A stretch of 64,000 nt of DNA. It comes from a virus. Its lineage: Duplodnaviria > Caudoviricetes. Where the stretch lies: the IMG/VR virus record IMGVR_UViG_3300028601_000020, one strand, 5' to 3'. This document shows positions 61,852 to 64,000 of the stretch, piece after piece. The position numbers and the translations under genes are program-made. Under the pieces are notes generated by a model, which did not search any database, was not told the origin of the DNA, and saw only the letters and a list, made by a program, of their open reading frames with translations. Positions within the stretch are counted from its first letter, which is position 1. Each line of letters opens with the position of its first letter.

Positions 61852-64000
61852 GTGAAAACAGAAGATTATTTTAAGAACAACCAAATGGCAGTTGACATTT
61901 TTAATGCGAAATATGCATTTGAGAAAGAAAATGGAGAAAAAGAAAACGTATTGGAGGTGTTTACTCGGGTAGCGCGAAATCTTGCTATCTATGAATCTGA
62001 ACCCGAGAAATGGGAAAAAATTTGGATTGATGATATGATGGAAGGATGGTACCGACCTGGTGGTTCTATTCTTTCGGGGGTCGGTAGCAAATCGGTTATT
62101 TCCTTGGCCAATTGTTTTTCGGCAGATACTCGGTTTATTACTGAACGAGGAACAAAAAGTTTTTCGGACTTCATAGACGGTGACAAAGTAAAGGTTTTAA
62201 CAAGGTACGGCAGTTACAAACAAGGAACAATTCGTAAACATGGCGAACAAGAAATAGTTTTTTTAACATTGAGGCAAAATTCAATTAAAAAAACTATTAA
62301 AACAACAGCCGATCATTTGTGGTTTACTGGTTCAGGTAATTTTGTAGAAAAAGAAACCCGTTATTTGATTGCACGACAGAACGAAAAAGCGGATTCTATA
62401 CCTGTATCCAGAAAACGATTAATGACAGGAATTGAAAATTCTCTTGATAACATTGGTATAATTCATGGGATGGTTTATGGTGATGGAAGCCTCAACAAGA
62501 CAACAGACAGAGCCAATATTGAATTGTTCGGAGAAAAAACTGAACTTTCTAAGTATTTTGATGGGTTTGGTTATGTTCATAAAGAGACAACCAGAGAATC
62601 AATTAGATTTGGCAACTTGCCAAAATTTTTAAAAGAATTGCCCGATTTTGAAAAGCATGATTTTTTGTATATTATTAGTTTCTTTGTTGGATATTTCTCG
62701 GTTGACGGAAGTTGCTCTGCTGGTAAATGTTGCATTTCTTCAACTAAACACCAAGAAATCAAATTGTTGTCAGATGTTTTGCAATCAGTTGGTATTTATG
62801 GGACGTTAAAAGAAAAGGAAGTCATTTCTAATTTAACAAACGCTCCCCACAAGACCACAAATTATTATATTAAAAAATCTTCAATGAAAGATTGGATGTT
62901 TTTGCGCGAAAAACACAAAGAAGATTTTTTGAATAACACCGCAACAAAAAATCCGAGAAGAGATGTTTGGTTTGTTGATAATATTGAATTTACAGGAAAA
63001 AAGGAAGTTGTGTGGTGCATTGACGAACCAGAAACAAATTCTTTTGTTCTTGAAGATGGCATACTAACCCACAATTGCACGACTATTCCTTTATCGGAAG
63101 ACTCTATTCAAGGAATTAATAAATGTGTTTCTGATATGATGCTTTGCGCTGCGAAACGTCAAGGTCTTGGTGTTGACGTTTCTGTTTTGCGACCCAAAGG
63201 AGCGAAAGTAAATAATGCAGCAAACGAATCCACAGGAGCAATTCCGTGGATGGACTATCTTCAGTCAATGGGCAATTATGTTGGTCAAGCAGGAAGGCGT
63301 CCGGCGGTTCTGCTTTCTATCAAGTGCAACCATCCTGATGTGATTGAATTTATTAAGTCAAAGACTGATTTGAATCTTATTCAGAATGCAAATATTTCTG
63401 TTCAGATTACAGACGCTTTTATGGAAGCCGTAATTGAAGACAATGATTGGGAATTGCATTTTGAAACCAAACACGAAATTATTTCCAAGATTGTCCGAGC
63501 AAAGGATATTTTCAGTCTTATTTCTGAATCTGCTCATGTTAGCGCGGAACCCGGTGTTCAGTTCATTGATCTAATGCGGAAAGGATCTATGATCCACCAA
63601 ATTTATCTTGCTGCTGGTGATAAACGTTTTTGTGTGGTCAGTACCAACGCTTGTTGTTTTGTTGAAGAAACAAAAGTCCTCACAATCAATGGAATGACGA
63701 AGATTTCCGAAATAAGAAAGAAACTCGAAAAAGGAGAAGCTGTTTTAGTTTATTCTTTTAATATTCACACTGGAAAAAACGAAATTAAACCAGTGATTGA
63801 TTGTTTTCCCCGCAACAATGGAGAACCTGTTCAAACAATTTCAATTGAACTCGAAAATGGGAAATCAATTGAATGCACTCCCGATCATAAATTCATGACG
63901 CAACACGGGTGGATCAAAGCCACCGATTTGGAAGAATCATATGATGAATTATCGGGCGTTGACGATAACGAAACAATAAAAATAAAAAATAAAACAAAAA
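61852..64000 (+). CDS. Ribonucleotide reductase large subunit (NrdJ/NrdA-like), 3'-truncated, with two inteins
   Basis: PGGSILSG, SLANC, GLGVDVSVLRPKG, GRRPA, HPDVIEFI, NANISV, AEPGVQFID, STNAC; absent from the ORF track because no stop occurs in the window. Confidence 0.92.
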   Translation, partial: MKTEDYFKNNQMAVDIFNAKYAFEKENGEKENVLEVFTRVARNLAIYESEPEKWEKIWIDDMMEGWYRPGGSILSGVGSKSVISLANCFSADTRFITERGTKSFSDFIDGDKVKVLTRYGSYKQGTIRKHGEQEIVFLTLRQNSIKKTIKTTADHLWFTGSGNFVEKETRYLIARQNEKADSIPVSRKRLMTGIENSLDNIGIIHGMVYGDGSLNKTTDRANIELFGEKTELSKYFDGFGYVHKETTRESIRFGNLPKFLKELPDFEKHDFLYIISFFVGYFSVDGSCSAGKCCISSTKHQEIKLLSDVLQSVGIYGTLKEKEVISNLTNAPHKTTNYYIKKSSMKDWMFLREKHKEDFLNNTATKNPRRDVWFVDNIEFTGKKEVVWCIDEPETNSFVLEDGILTHNCTTIPLSEDSIQGINKCVSDMMLCAAKRQGLGVDVSVLRPKGAKVNNAANESTGAIPWMDYLQSMGNYVGQAGRRPAVLLSIKCNHPDVIEFIKSKTDLNLIQNANISVQITDAFMEAVIEDNDWELHFETKHEIISKIVRAKDIFSLISESAHVSAEPGVQFIDLMRKGSMIHQIYLAAGDKRFCVVSTNACCFVEETKVLTINGMTKISEIRKKLEKGEAVLVYSFNIHTGKNEIKPVIDCFPRNNGEPVQTISIELENGKSIECTPDHKFMTQHGWIKATDLEESYDELSGVDDNETIKIKNKTK
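62113..63075 (+). mobile_element. Intein with LAGLIDADG endonuclease in RNR (321 aa)
   Basis: CFSADT start, TTADHLW block B, GMVYGDGS and GYFSVDGS, ends LTHN followed by C. Confidence 0.92.
63655..64000 (+). mobile_element. Second RNR intein (truncated by window)
   Basis: CFVEETKVLT directly after STNAC; ECTPDHKF block B. Confidence 0.9.

Noticed and set aside
1-64000. CRISPR array
   Set aside because: No run of regularly spaced identical repeats with unique spacers was seen.

Overview
A 64-kb segment of a large, AT-rich T4-like phage genome, coded almost entirely on the + strand. Core genes are regA (partial), dUTPase, Rnl2 RNA ligase, ThyX, family-B DNA polymerase gp43, UvsX/RecA, gp41 helicase, gp61 primase, ATP-dependent DNA ligase and a ribonucleotide reductase that runs off the end. 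There are about 8 tRNAs, sigma70-type early promoters and T4-type TATAAATA late promoters. Main observations: (1) A complete diversity-generating retroelement (target gene with VR, hairpin, avd, TR, RT), in which all 17 VR/TR mismatches fall at TR adenines. (2) At least 8 inserted homing-endonuclease genes. Several appear to have broken a host gene or tRNA and supplied a diverged replacement end, leaving the old end as an orphan (helicase C-terminus, two N-termini, tRNAs). (3) UvsX is fractured by an atypical split intein with a 14-aa N-intein. (4) gp43 is split into two ORFs around a small zinc-finger gene, and the second half carries a group I intron inside motif B. (5) tRNA-Arg and tRNA-Tyr have non-canonical folds. 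(6) A set of enzyme genes begins with T4 capsid-targeting-like leaders. (7) A glycosyltransferase cassette sits next to queD/queE and may be a DNA-modification locus. All calls come from reading motifs by eye; no database searches were run.
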